Source of the DNA: Burkholderiales bacterium
Lineage (GTDB): Bacteria; Pseudomonadota; Gammaproteobacteria; Burkholderiales; SG8-41
DNA: 64,000 nt
Reading direction: 5' to 3'
Assembly: GCA_036555035.1 (NCBI GenBank)
Contig: DATBMB010000056.1
Location: 1,267-65,266, forward strand
Position 1 is the first letter of the stretch. Each line of letters begins with the position of its first letter. The position numbers and the translations under genes were made by a program. Shown one piece after another: positions 32,596-40,855 of this stretch. The notes below the pieces were generated by a model that was not told where the DNA came from, made no database searches, and saw nothing but the letters and a program-made list of their open reading frames with translations.

Positions 32596-32609
32596 TTGAT
32601 CTAGATCAA
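32596..32609. promoter_or_regulatory. Perfect FNR/Anr-type box TTGAT-N4-ATCAA in the divergent promoter region
   Basis: TTGATCTAGATCAA matches the consensus exactly. Its centre is about 72 nt from the cNMP-binding gene start and about 117 nt from the fumA ATG. On the minus strand a TAATAA/CATAAT hexamer lies 18-20 nt beyond the box, which fits class II geometry. Confidence 0.7.
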
Positions 32610-32719
32610 CCGCTGTCGTGAGTCTTTGGCAAGTATTGCATTGTGTACGCGGCGCCATTTGAGAAAACCAGCATCCGTGTTACATCATCGGTTAATATCC
32701 CTGCCTGCCGGAGCGAAAC

Positions 32720-34237
32720 ATGACGACCATCAAGCAGCAAGACTTCATTCAAAGCATTGCCGACGCGTTCCAGTTCATCTCCTACTACCACCCCGTCGAT
32801 TTCATCCGCGCGATGGGCAAGGCCTACGAAGGCGAGCAGTCGCCTGCCGCCAAGAATGCCATCGCGCAGATCCTCATGAACAGCCGCATGTCGGCGGAGG
32901 GCCATCGCCCCGTCTGCCAGGACACAGGCATCGCAGTCGTGTTCCTCAAGATCGGAATGAACGTGCGCTGGGACGCGACGATGAGCGTCCAGGAGATGGT
33001 GGATGAAGGGGTGCGCCGCGCTTACACCGACAAGGACAATCCGCTGCGCGCTTCCGTGCTCTCGGATCCGGACGGCGCCCGCAAGAATACGCGTGACAAC
33101 GCGCCGGCAGTGGTCCACATGGAGGTCGTGCCGGGCGACCGCCTCGAGGTCAAGCTCGCTGCCAAGGGCGGCGGCTCCGAGAGCAAGTCGCGCTTTGCCG
33201 TTCTCAATCCGAGCGACGACGTGGTGGAGTGGATACTCGGGCAGATCCCGACCATGGGGGGAGACTGGTGCCCGCCCGGGATGCTGGGTGTGGGTATCGG
33301 CGGCACGCCCGAGAAAGCCATGGTGATGGCGAAGGAATCGCTGATGGCGCCGATCGACATCAACGACCTGAAGAAGCGCGGTGCGAAGAACCGCGCCGAG
33401 GAGCTGCGGCTCGAGCTCCACGAGAAAGTCAACGCCCTGGGAATGGGCGCTCAAGGGCTCGGCGGCCTGACCACGGTCCTCGACGTCAAGGTTCTCGACT
33501 ACCCCACTCACGCGGTGATGAAGCCGGTGGCCATTGTTCCCAACTGCGCAGCCACCCGCCACATCGAGTTTCATCTCGACGGCAGCGGGCCGGCACGCTT
33601 CGAGCCGCCAAGCCTCGACAACTGGCCCAAGATTGCCCTCGATCTCGGCGCCGGTGCGACGCGCGTCGACCTCGAGAAGCTGACGAAAGCCGAAACCGCG
33701 AAGTGGAAGGCAGGCGACCGGCTGCTGTTGACCGGCAAAATCCTGACCGGCCGCGACGCAGCCCACAAGCGCCTGACCGATCTCATTGCGAAAGGCGAGA
33801 AGCTGCCGGTGGATCTCAGGAATCGCCTCATCTACTACGTCGGTCCCGTGGACGCGGTTCGCGACGAAGTCGTGGGCCCCGCCGGCCCCACCACCTCCCG
33901 CCGCATGGACAAGTTCATGGACACCATGCTCGGCAAAACCGGAATGCTCGGTTCGATCGGGAAATCGGAGCGCGGCGCAGACGCCGTGAAGGTCATCAAG
34001 CAGCACAAGGGTGTTCACCTCATCGCAATTGGTGGTGCGGCCTACCTGGTGGCAAAAGCCATTCGCGGGGCACGCGTGCTCGCGTTCAAGGAGCTCGGCA
34101 TGGAGGCGGTGCACGAGTTCGACGTCAAGGACATGCCGGTGACCGTCGCCGTCGATACGAACGGAAACGCGGTGCACGAAAGCGGCCCGCGCGAATGGCG
34201 CGCGAAGATCGGCAAGATTCCCGTAACGGTGGCCTGA
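32720..34237 (+). CDS. fumA: Class I (Fe-S dependent) fumarate hydratase, fused alpha/beta form
   Basis: 505 aa with ...RPVCQDTGIAVVFLKIG..., ...GGGSESKS... and C-terminal ...GPAGPTTSRRMD...IGKSERG, typical of class I fumarase. Confidence 0.92.
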   Translation: MTTIKQQDFIQSIADAFQFISYYHPVDFIRAMGKAYEGEQSPAAKNAIAQILMNSRMSAEGHRPVCQDTGIAVVFLKIGMNVRWDATMSVQEMVDEGVRRAYTDKDNPLRASVLSDPDGARKNTRDNAPAVVHMEVVPGDRLEVKLAAKGGGSESKSRFAVLNPSDDVVEWILGQIPTMGGDWCPPGMLGVGIGGTPEKAMVMAKESLMAPIDINDLKKRGAKNRAEELRLELHEKVNALGMGAQGLGGLTTVLDVKVLDYPTHAVMKPVAIVPNCAATRHIEFHLDGSGPARFEPPSLDNWPKIALDLGAGATRVDLEKLTKAETAKWKAGDRLLLTGKILTGRDAAHKRLTDLIAKGEKLPVDLRNRLIYYVGPVDAVRDEVVGPAGPTTSRRMDKFMDTMLGKTGMLGSIGKSERGADAVKVIKQHKGVHLIAIGGAAYLVAKAIRGARVLAFKELGMEAVHEFDVKDMPVTVAVDTNGNAVHESGPREWRAKIGKIPVTVA

Positions 34238-34247
34238 GGACGATCGC

Positions 34248-36017
34248 ATGCAATCCGTACAGACGGATGTCGTGGTGGTGGGCGGCGGGGGTGCGGGGTT
34301 GCGCGCTGCGATCGCAGTGGCGGAGAGTGATCCGCGCCTGCGCATCGCGCTCGTGTCAAAGGTCGTGCCCATGCGCAGCCACACCGTGGCCGCCGAAGGC
34401 GGCTCCGCAGGGGTCATCCGCACGGACGACAGCCTCGACAATCACTTCGACGACACCGTGGGCGGCGGTGACTGGCTGTGCGACCAGGACGTCGTCGAGT
34501 ATTTCGTGGCCCATTGCACGGAGGAGATGACCCAGCTCGAGCACTGGGGCTGCCCGTGGAGCCGCAAGGACGACGGGCACGTCAACGTGCGCTTCTTCGG
34601 CGGCATGAAGGTGCAGCGCACGTGGTTCGCCGCGGACAAGACCGGCTTCCACATGCTGCACACGCTGTTCCAGACTTCGCTCAAGTACCCGTCAATCAAA
34701 CGCTACGACGAGTTCTTCTGCGCCGACCTGATCGTCGAGGACGGGCGGGTGCAGGGCGTGGTCGCGATCGACATCGCGAGCGGCGAGTTCCATCTCCTGG
34801 AGTGCAAGGCGGCGATTATCTGCACCGGGGGCGCCGGGCGCGTCTTCGGCCAAAACACCAACGCCGGGATCGTCACCGGCGACGGCATGGGCATCGCGTT
34901 CCGCCACGGCGTGCCGCTCCGCGACATGGAATTCGTGCAGTGGCATCCAACGGCGCTCCCGGGAACCGGGGTGCTCATCACCGAAGGCTGCCGCGGCGAA
35001 GGCGGCATCCTCACCAACAAGGACGGCTACCGCTACCTGCAGGACTACGGCCTGGGCCCGCCCGATCCGTGGCCGCGCCCGAAGGCGATGGAGCTCGGCC
35101 CTCGCGACCGCCTGTCGCAGGCGTTCTGGCACGAGGAGCAGAAGGGCCGCACGGTGAGCACTCCACTGGGCCATGCAGTATGGCTCGACCTGCGTCAATT
35201 GGGAGCCGCCAAGATCCACGAGCGGCTGCCGATGATTACCGAAGTCGCTAAGGTCTTCGCGGGCGTCGACCCCGTGGTCGCACCGATTCCGGTGCGTCCC
35301 GCGGTGCACTACACGATGGGCGGCATTCTCTGCAACGGCCAGACCGCGACGCCCCTCAAGGGTCTATTTACAGCGGGCGAATGCTCGAGCGTGGGCATCC
35401 ACGGCGCCAACCGCCTCGGCTCCAACTCGCTTGCGGAAATCGTGGTATTTGGCAAGGTCGCAGGCGAGGAGGCGGCGCGGCACGCCAAGGTGACCGGGGC
35501 GGGCAAGAGCGATGCGGCGCGCCAGCAGGCGGAGGCCGTGGAAAAGCGGCTGCTCGGCCTGCTCGGCAAGGACAAAGGCGAGCGCGTCGCGACGATACGC
35601 GACGAAATGCACGAAGCCATGGAGACCGGCGTCGGCATTTTTCGCAAGGCCGACGGCATGCAGGCGGCGTGCGCCAAGCTCGTTCAGCTTCGCGACCGCT
35701 ACCGGCGCGGCCTCAAGCTCGATGACCGCAACCGCGCGTTCAACACCGAATGGCTGTCGGCGATCGAGCTCGGCTTCACGCTCGAGCTCGCCGAGGTGAT
35801 CGCGCAATCTGCGCTCCATCGCAAGGAATCTCGCGGCGCGCACACCCGTCTCGACGAGTTCAAGGAGCGCGATGACGCCAACTACCTGAAGCACACGCTT
35901 GCCCACCGCACCGGCGATGGACCGCCCCGGATCGAGTACACGCCGGTGACCATCACCAAGTCTCCGCCCAAGACGCGCGTCTACGGCGGCGAGGGCAAGA
36001 AAGCCGTAATGACCTGA
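34248..36017 (+). CDS. frdA: Fumarate reductase flavoprotein subunit
   Basis: 589 aa with the FAD fingerprint DVVVVGGGGAGLRAAI, SHTVAAEGG (histidyl-FAD site) and HPTALPGTGVLITEGCRGEGG. frdBCD follow. Confidence 0.93.
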   Translation: MQSVQTDVVVVGGGGAGLRAAIAVAESDPRLRIALVSKVVPMRSHTVAAEGGSAGVIRTDDSLDNHFDDTVGGGDWLCDQDVVEYFVAHCTEEMTQLEHWGCPWSRKDDGHVNVRFFGGMKVQRTWFAADKTGFHMLHTLFQTSLKYPSIKRYDEFFCADLIVEDGRVQGVVAIDIASGEFHLLECKAAIICTGGAGRVFGQNTNAGIVTGDGMGIAFRHGVPLRDMEFVQWHPTALPGTGVLITEGCRGEGGILTNKDGYRYLQDYGLGPPDPWPRPKAMELGPRDRLSQAFWHEEQKGRTVSTPLGHAVWLDLRQLGAAKIHERLPMITEVAKVFAGVDPVVAPIPVRPAVHYTMGGILCNGQTATPLKGLFTAGECSSVGIHGANRLGSNSLAEIVVFGKVAGEEAARHAKVTGAGKSDAARQQAEAVEKRLLGLLGKDKGERVATIRDEMHEAMETGVGIFRKADGMQAACAKLVQLRDRYRRGLKLDDRNRAFNTEWLSAIELGFTLELAEVIAQSALHRKESRGAHTRLDEFKERDDANYLKHTLAHRTGDGPPRIEYTPVTITKSPPKTRVYGGEGKKAVMT

Positions 36018-36026
36018 GGACCGCGC

Positions 36027-36785
36027 ATGGCCGATACCCGGACAATCGAGATCGAGGTGCTGCGCTACAACCCCGAGAAGGACACGGAGCCGCATTTCCA
36101 GACCTTCAAGGTGCCCTTCACCCACGACACCTCGGTGCTGCAGGGCCTGCAATACATCAAGGACCATCTCGACGGCAGCCTCACCTTCCGCTGGTCGTGC
36201 CGCATGGCGATCTGCGGCAGCTGCGGCAAGATGGTGAACGGAAGACCGGAGCTTTCCTGCCACACTTTTCTGCGCGACTACTATCCCGGCAAGGTCAGGA
36301 TCGAGCCGCTCAACCATTTCCCGATCGTGCGCGACCTTGTGATCGACCAGACTGACTTCTTCAACAATAAGCTGCCCTCGGTCAAGCCGTACGTGGTTTC
36401 CAAGGAGAGTAAACCGCTGTCGGCGGGAACGTTTCTCCAGACTCCGAAGCAGTTTCACAGCTATTACCAGTATTCGCAGTGCATCAACTGCCTGCTGTGC
36501 TACGCCGCCTGCCCGCAGTACGGCCTCAAGCCGGGGTTCACCGGCCCGGCGGCGCTCGCGCTGATGCACCGCTACAACGCGGACTCGCGTGACCGCGGCT
36601 GGGAGGAGCGCGCGGAGATCCTCAACGCCGAGGACGGGGTGTGGGGCTGCACGCTGGTCGGCTACTGCTCCGAAGTCTGCCCGAAGCACGTGGATCCCGC
36701 GCATGCCATCAACCAGAACAAGGTCAACAGCACGATGGACTACTTCGGCGTGCGGAAGCTCCTCATGCCCAAGGGAGGTGCGTGA
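36027..36785 (+). CDS. frdB: Fumarate reductase iron-sulfur subunit
   Basis: 252 aa with cluster motifs SCRMAICGSCG, CINCLLCYAACP and CTLVGYCSEVCP. Confidence 0.93.
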   Translation: MADTRTIEIEVLRYNPEKDTEPHFQTFKVPFTHDTSVLQGLQYIKDHLDGSLTFRWSCRMAICGSCGKMVNGRPELSCHTFLRDYYPGKVRIEPLNHFPIVRDLVIDQTDFFNNKLPSVKPYVVSKESKPLSAGTFLQTPKQFHSYYQYSQCINCLLCYAACPQYGLKPGFTGPAALALMHRYNADSRDRGWEERAEILNAEDGVWGCTLVGYCSEVCPKHVDPAHAINQNKVNSTMDYFGVRKLLMPKGGA

Positions 36786-37177
36786 TGGCGAAGGTCAAGA
36801 CCTACGTCCGCCCGATGCAGGGCTGGTGGCGCAGGAATCCGTACTTCGTGCGCTACATGATCCGCGAAGGGAGCAGCGTTCTGCTCGCGATCTACTCCAT
36901 TATTCTGCTGGTGGGTTTGTTCCGCCTCACTCAGGGCGAGGCGGCCTGGGAAGCCTGGCGAACCGCGCTGACGAGCCCGATCTCACTGCTGTTCCATTGG
37001 CTGGCGCTGCTGACGGTTAGCTATCACGCCTACACCTGGTGGCTGGTGGCGCCCAAGACCGCGCCCGATCTTCGCATCGCGGGCCGGCCCCTGCCCGAGT
37101 GCGCGATCACGGCAGGCGGCTTGCTGGGGACGGTCGGCGCTTCCGTCGTGATTTACGTCATCGTGCGGTGGATGTGA
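36785..37177 (+). CDS. frdC: Fumarate reductase membrane anchor subunit C
   Basis: About 130 aa. MAKVKTYVRPMQGWWRRNPYFVRYMIREGSSV resembles the E. coli FrdC N-terminus (recalled pattern W...P.Y..YM.RE.T). Its ATG overlaps the frdB stop. Confidence 0.85.
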   Translation: MAKVKTYVRPMQGWWRRNPYFVRYMIREGSSVLLAIYSIILLVGLFRLTQGEAAWEAWRTALTSPISLLFHWLALLTVSYHAYTWWLVAPKTAPDLRIAGRPLPECAITAGGLLGTVGASVVIYVIVRWM

Positions 37178-37178
37178 C

Positions 37179-37535
37179 ATGAAACGCTCCCACGAACCCA
37201 TCTTCTGGTCGCTGTTCGGGGCCGGCGGCGTGCTCTCCGCGCTGGTCGCGCCGATACTCATCTTCATCACCGGCATCATCGCGCCGATCGGGCTGTGGCT
37301 GCCCGGGGAAGCCCTCGCCTACTCCCGCATCCTCGGATTTTCGCAGCATTGGTTTGGCAAGCTGCTTATCCTCGCGGTGATCTCGCTCTTCCTGTTCCAC
37401 GCCGTGCATCGCATCTACCACGGCCTGCACGACCTCGGGGTGCATGCGGGGACCGGGGCCATGGTCGCCGCTTATGGCAGCGCGCTCGCCGGCACCTTGA
37501 TTGCCGCCTGGCTGCTGCTCGGCATTGGCTTCTGA
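37179..37535 (+). CDS. frdD: Fumarate reductase membrane anchor subunit D
   Basis: 118 aa. MKRSHEPIFWSLFGAGGVLSALVAPILI is FrdD-like. It has three predicted TM helices and starts 1 nt after the frdC stop. Confidence 0.85.
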   Translation: MKRSHEPIFWSLFGAGGVLSALVAPILIFITGIIAPIGLWLPGEALAYSRILGFSQHWFGKLLILAVISLFLFHAVHRIYHGLHDLGVHAGTGAMVAAYGSALAGTLIAAWLLLGIGF

Positions 37536-37572
37536 TGCAGTAGATTCGGCAACAACGAAAGGGGAGAACGCC

Positions 37573-39018
37573 ATGAACTGGAAAGCCATCGCACCGGTCG
37601 CTGTTGCCATCATCATCGCCCTCATACCCGCGCCGGCGGGTTTGCCCCAATACGCCTGGTATTACTTCGCCATTTTCGTCGGGGTCATCGTGGGCCTCAT
37701 GTTCGAGCCGCTGCCGGGAGGTGCGATCGGGTTGATCGGCGTCGCACTGGTGACGGTGTTGTCGGAGTACGTGTTCTTCAGTCCGGATCAGCTCGCCAAG
37801 GCCGGCTTCAGCTCGGCCCGGGCGTCCCTCTCCTGGGCGCTATCGGGCTTTTCCAACACCACGGTGTGGCTGATCTTCGGCGCGTTCATGTTTGCCCTCG
37901 GCTACGAGAAGACCGGCCTCGGACGGCGCATCGCGCTGCTGCTGGTCAAGGCGATGGGGCGCAAGACGCTCACCCTGGGCTACGCCGTGACGATCGCCGA
38001 CCTGCTGCTCGCACCGTTCACACCGTCCAACACGGCTCGCAGCGGCGGCACGATCTACCCCGTGATCCGCAACCTGCCGGCGCTCTACGAGTCGAAGCCC
38101 AACGACCCCTCCATGCGGCGCATGGGGTCGTACCTCATGTGGGTGGCGCTTGCGGCGACCTGCGTGACGAGCTCCATGTTCCTTACCGCGCTCGCGCCCA
38201 ACCTGCTTGCCGTCGAGCTGGTGCGGAAGACCGCGAAGATCGAGTTTGCGTGGGTCGACTGGTTCATCTATTTCGCGCCGGTCGGTATTCTGCTGCTGGT
38301 GCTGGTTCCGCTCCTCGTCTACTGGATCTATCCCCCGCAGGTGAAGGAGGGCAAGGAGGTCCCGGCGTGGGCGGCGAAGGAACTCGAGAAGATGGGGCCG
38401 CTCTCCCAGCGCGAGATCATACTGGGCGTGCTGGTCCTGATCGCGCTGCTGCTGTGGATCTTCGGCGGCAAGATCATGGAGGCCACCACCGCGGCCATCG
38501 CTGTCATCTCGCTCATGCTGCTGCTGAAGGTTGTCACCTGGGACGACATCACGGCCAACAAGGCCGCGTGGAACACGCTCGCGTGGTTCGCGACGCTGGT
38601 CGCGCTCGCCGACGGCCTGACCCGAGTGGGATTCGTGAAGTGGTTCGCGGAAAGCGTCGCCGGGGGGCTCTCCGGAGTCTCGCCTACGGTAGCGGTCATC
38701 GCGCTGCTGCTCATAAACTTCTTCGGCCACTACCTCTTCGCGAGCGTCACCGCCCACGTCACCGCCATGATCCCGGTGCTGCTCGCGGTAGCCTCGACCA
38801 TCCCGGGGGTCAACATGCACACGCTCGCCCTGGGCCTGTGCCTGCAGCTCGGCATCATGGGCGTCCTCACCCCGTACGCGACCGGCCCGAGCCCGGTCTA
38901 CTATGGCAGCGGGTTTCTGCCGGCTGCGGACTACTGGCGGCTGGGCGCGATTTTCGGCGTGATCTTCTTCGCCGCGTTCATGGTGATCGGCGTGCCCTGG
39001 ATGCTATTCATACGGTAA
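37573..39018 (+). CDS. DASS-family anion permease (CitT/TtdT/2-oxoglutarate-malate translocator type), likely a C4-dicarboxylate exchanger
   Basis: The ATG at 37573 is preceded by GGGGAG. MNWKAIAPVAVAIIIALIPAP...YAWYYFAIFVGVIVGLMFEPLP and ...TPSNTARSGGTIYP... are typical of this family. Confidence 0.85.
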   Translation: MNWKAIAPVAVAIIIALIPAPAGLPQYAWYYFAIFVGVIVGLMFEPLPGGAIGLIGVALVTVLSEYVFFSPDQLAKAGFSSARASLSWALSGFSNTTVWLIFGAFMFALGYEKTGLGRRIALLLVKAMGRKTLTLGYAVTIADLLLAPFTPSNTARSGGTIYPVIRNLPALYESKPNDPSMRRMGSYLMWVALAATCVTSSMFLTALAPNLLAVELVRKTAKIEFAWVDWFIYFAPVGILLLVLVPLLVYWIYPPQVKEGKEVPAWAAKELEKMGPLSQREIILGVLVLIALLLWIFGGKIMEATTAAIAVISLMLLLKVVTWDDITANKAAWNTLAWFATLVALADGLTRVGFVKWFAESVAGGLSGVSPTVAVIALLLINFFGHYLFASVTAHVTAMIPVLLAVASTIPGVNMHTLALGLCLQLGIMGVLTPYATGPSPVYYGSGFLPAADYWRLGAIFGVIFFAAFMVIGVPWMLFIR

Positions 39019-39022
39019 TCAG

Positions 39023-40552
39023 GTGAACGTCGCCACTGTCCGCCGCATCGGCCTGTTCGCAGCGCCGGTGCTGGCGGCGCTCTGCTACTACTGGCTGCCG
39101 CCCCACTACTCGACCGGGCCCGGCGAGTGGGTCGAGTTCAGCCAGGCCGGGCGCACCACGCTCGCCATGATGGTCTGGATGGCCACGTGGTGGCTCACCG
39201 AGGCGGTGGACATCGAGGTCACCGCGCTGCTGCCGGTCGTGGCCTTCCCGCTCCTGGGCATCGCGCCCCTCAGCAAGGTCCTGCCGCCCTACGCCGCGGA
39301 CGTGATCTTCCTCTTCATGGGCGGCTTCATCATCGGGCTCGCCATCGAGCGCTGGGGGCTCGACCGCCGCATCGCGTTCTTCGTGCTACGCCTGGTCGGC
39401 GCCCGCCCGGGCGCGATCGTCGGCGGATTCATGGCGGTCACCGCGTTCCTCAGCATGTGGGTCTCGAACACCGCGTGCGCGGCGATGATGGTGCCGATCG
39501 CGCTCTCGGTGATCGACCTCGTGCTGGTGAGCCGCACGGGCAAGGGCCTAAAGGAATCCGGCGGGATACCCCAGGACCGGGTTCCGGAGCGCAATTTCGC
39601 GACCGGCCTGCTGCTGAGCGTTGCCTACGCCGCCTCGATCGGGGGCATCGCGACGATCATCGGCTCGCCGCCCAATGGCATCGCGGTGCGCTATATCGAG
39701 CAGACATTCAGCAAGCAGGTCACCTTCTTCGACTGGATACTGATCGGAGGACCGTTCACGCTCATCTTCCTGCCGATCGCGTGGCTCATGATCACCCACG
39801 TGCTCTTCCGCGCGGATATCGGTGAGATCGCCGGCGGCCGCCAGCATTTCGCCGAGGAGTACCGCAAGCTCGGGCCGCTTTCGCGGGGCGAAAAGACCGT
39901 GCTAGCGGTCTTTTCCGCTACGGCGTTTCTGTGGATCTTCAGCCCGCTGCTGAAGCCCCTCGTGATCGCGGGCATGAAGCCCCTTTCCGGCCTCTCGGAT
40001 GCCGGCATCGCGATGCTGGCGGCGATGGCGCTGTTCCTCATTCCGGTGGACCGCGCCAAGGGCGTGCGCGCCATGGACTGGGACACCGCGGTGAAGCTTC
40101 CCTGGGGCGTGCTCATGCTCTTCGGCGGCGGGCTCACGCTCGCTGCGTCGGTCGAGGCGAACGGCGTCTCCGAGTACATCGGCAACGCGAGCCGCGGCCT
40201 GTCGGGCCTGCACCCCATACTGCTGCTGCTCGCGATCACGGCCATGACGGTGTTCCTCTCGGAGCTCACCTCCAACACCGCGCAGGTCGCGACCATGGTG
40301 CCGGTGCTCGCGGCGATGGCGCCGGTGCTGGGGATGAATCCCTACGTGCTGATCATCGCGTGCACGCTGGGGGCGAGCAGCGCCTACATGATGCCGGTGG
40401 GCACGCCCCCGAACGCGATCGTGTTCGGAACGGGGCTCGTGCGGATGCCGCAGATGATGAAGGCGGGCTTCTGGCTCAACCTAGCCGGGATCCTGGTCAT
40501 CACGGCGCTCGCCTCGTTCTTCATCACGCCGCTCCTCGGCAACGTCTACTAG
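39023..40552 (+). CDS. SLC13/DASS-family permease (second, divergent paralog)
   Basis: 509 aa with a GTG start. ...MVWMATWWLTEAVDIEVTALLPVVAFPLLGI... and ...SELTSNTAQVATMVP... are DASS hallmarks. Confidence 0.85.
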   Translation: MNVATVRRIGLFAAPVLAALCYYWLPPHYSTGPGEWVEFSQAGRTTLAMMVWMATWWLTEAVDIEVTALLPVVAFPLLGIAPLSKVLPPYAADVIFLFMGGFIIGLAIERWGLDRRIAFFVLRLVGARPGAIVGGFMAVTAFLSMWVSNTACAAMMVPIALSVIDLVLVSRTGKGLKESGGIPQDRVPERNFATGLLLSVAYAASIGGIATIIGSPPNGIAVRYIEQTFSKQVTFFDWILIGGPFTLIFLPIAWLMITHVLFRADIGEIAGGRQHFAEEYRKLGPLSRGEKTVLAVFSATAFLWIFSPLLKPLVIAGMKPLSGLSDAGIAMLAAMALFLIPVDRAKGVRAMDWDTAVKLPWGVLMLFGGGLTLAASVEANGVSEYIGNASRGLSGLHPILLLLAITAMTVFLSELTSNTAQVATMVPVLAAMAPVLGMNPYVLIIACTLGASSAYMMPVGTPPNAIVFGTGLVRMPQMMKAGFWLNLAGILVITALASFFITPLLGNVY

Positions 40553-40563
40553 ACCCGGGCAAC

Positions 40564-40590
40564 AAAAAAGCCCGGTGCGACCGGGCTTTC
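40564..40590. terminator. Bidirectional intrinsic terminator between the convergent DASS gene and the fdh operon
   Basis: AAAAAAGCCCGG-TGCGA-CCGGGCTTTC forms a GC stem flanked by an A-run and a T-run. Confidence 0.7.
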
Positions 40591-40612
40591 TGGCGAGGCG
40601 GGACCCGCTGCG

Positions 40613-40855
40613 CTATTTCTTCATGGCCGCCGCGGTACCGCTGCCCTTGTTCCGCTTGTAATTCTGCACCGCGCGATCCTGCGCCTTCTCCAGGGCCACC
40701 GCCGCCTTCTTGGCGGCCTCGCCCTTCTTGGCCTTCGCTTCTGCCGCCTTGGCTTTCTCCGCGTCGCTCAAGGGCGGCAGCTTGGCGGAGGCGACGCCGA
40801 CCGCCAACCCGACCAGCAGCGCCGGGATCACGATCCAGAATCTCGTTGCTTTCAT
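40613..40855 (-). CDS. Small secreted Ala/Lys-rich protein of unknown function, translationally coupled to the fdh gamma subunit
   Basis: The ATG at 40855 overlaps the gamma-subunit stop (ATGA). Signal peptide MKATRFWIVIPALLVGLAVGVASA is followed by a low-complexity AEKAKAAEAKAKKGEAAKK region. Confidence 0.5.
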   Translation of the reverse strand: MKATRFWIVIPALLVGLAVGVASAKLPPLSDAEKAKAAEAKAKKGEAAKKAAVALEKAQDRAVQNYKRNKGSGTAAAMKK

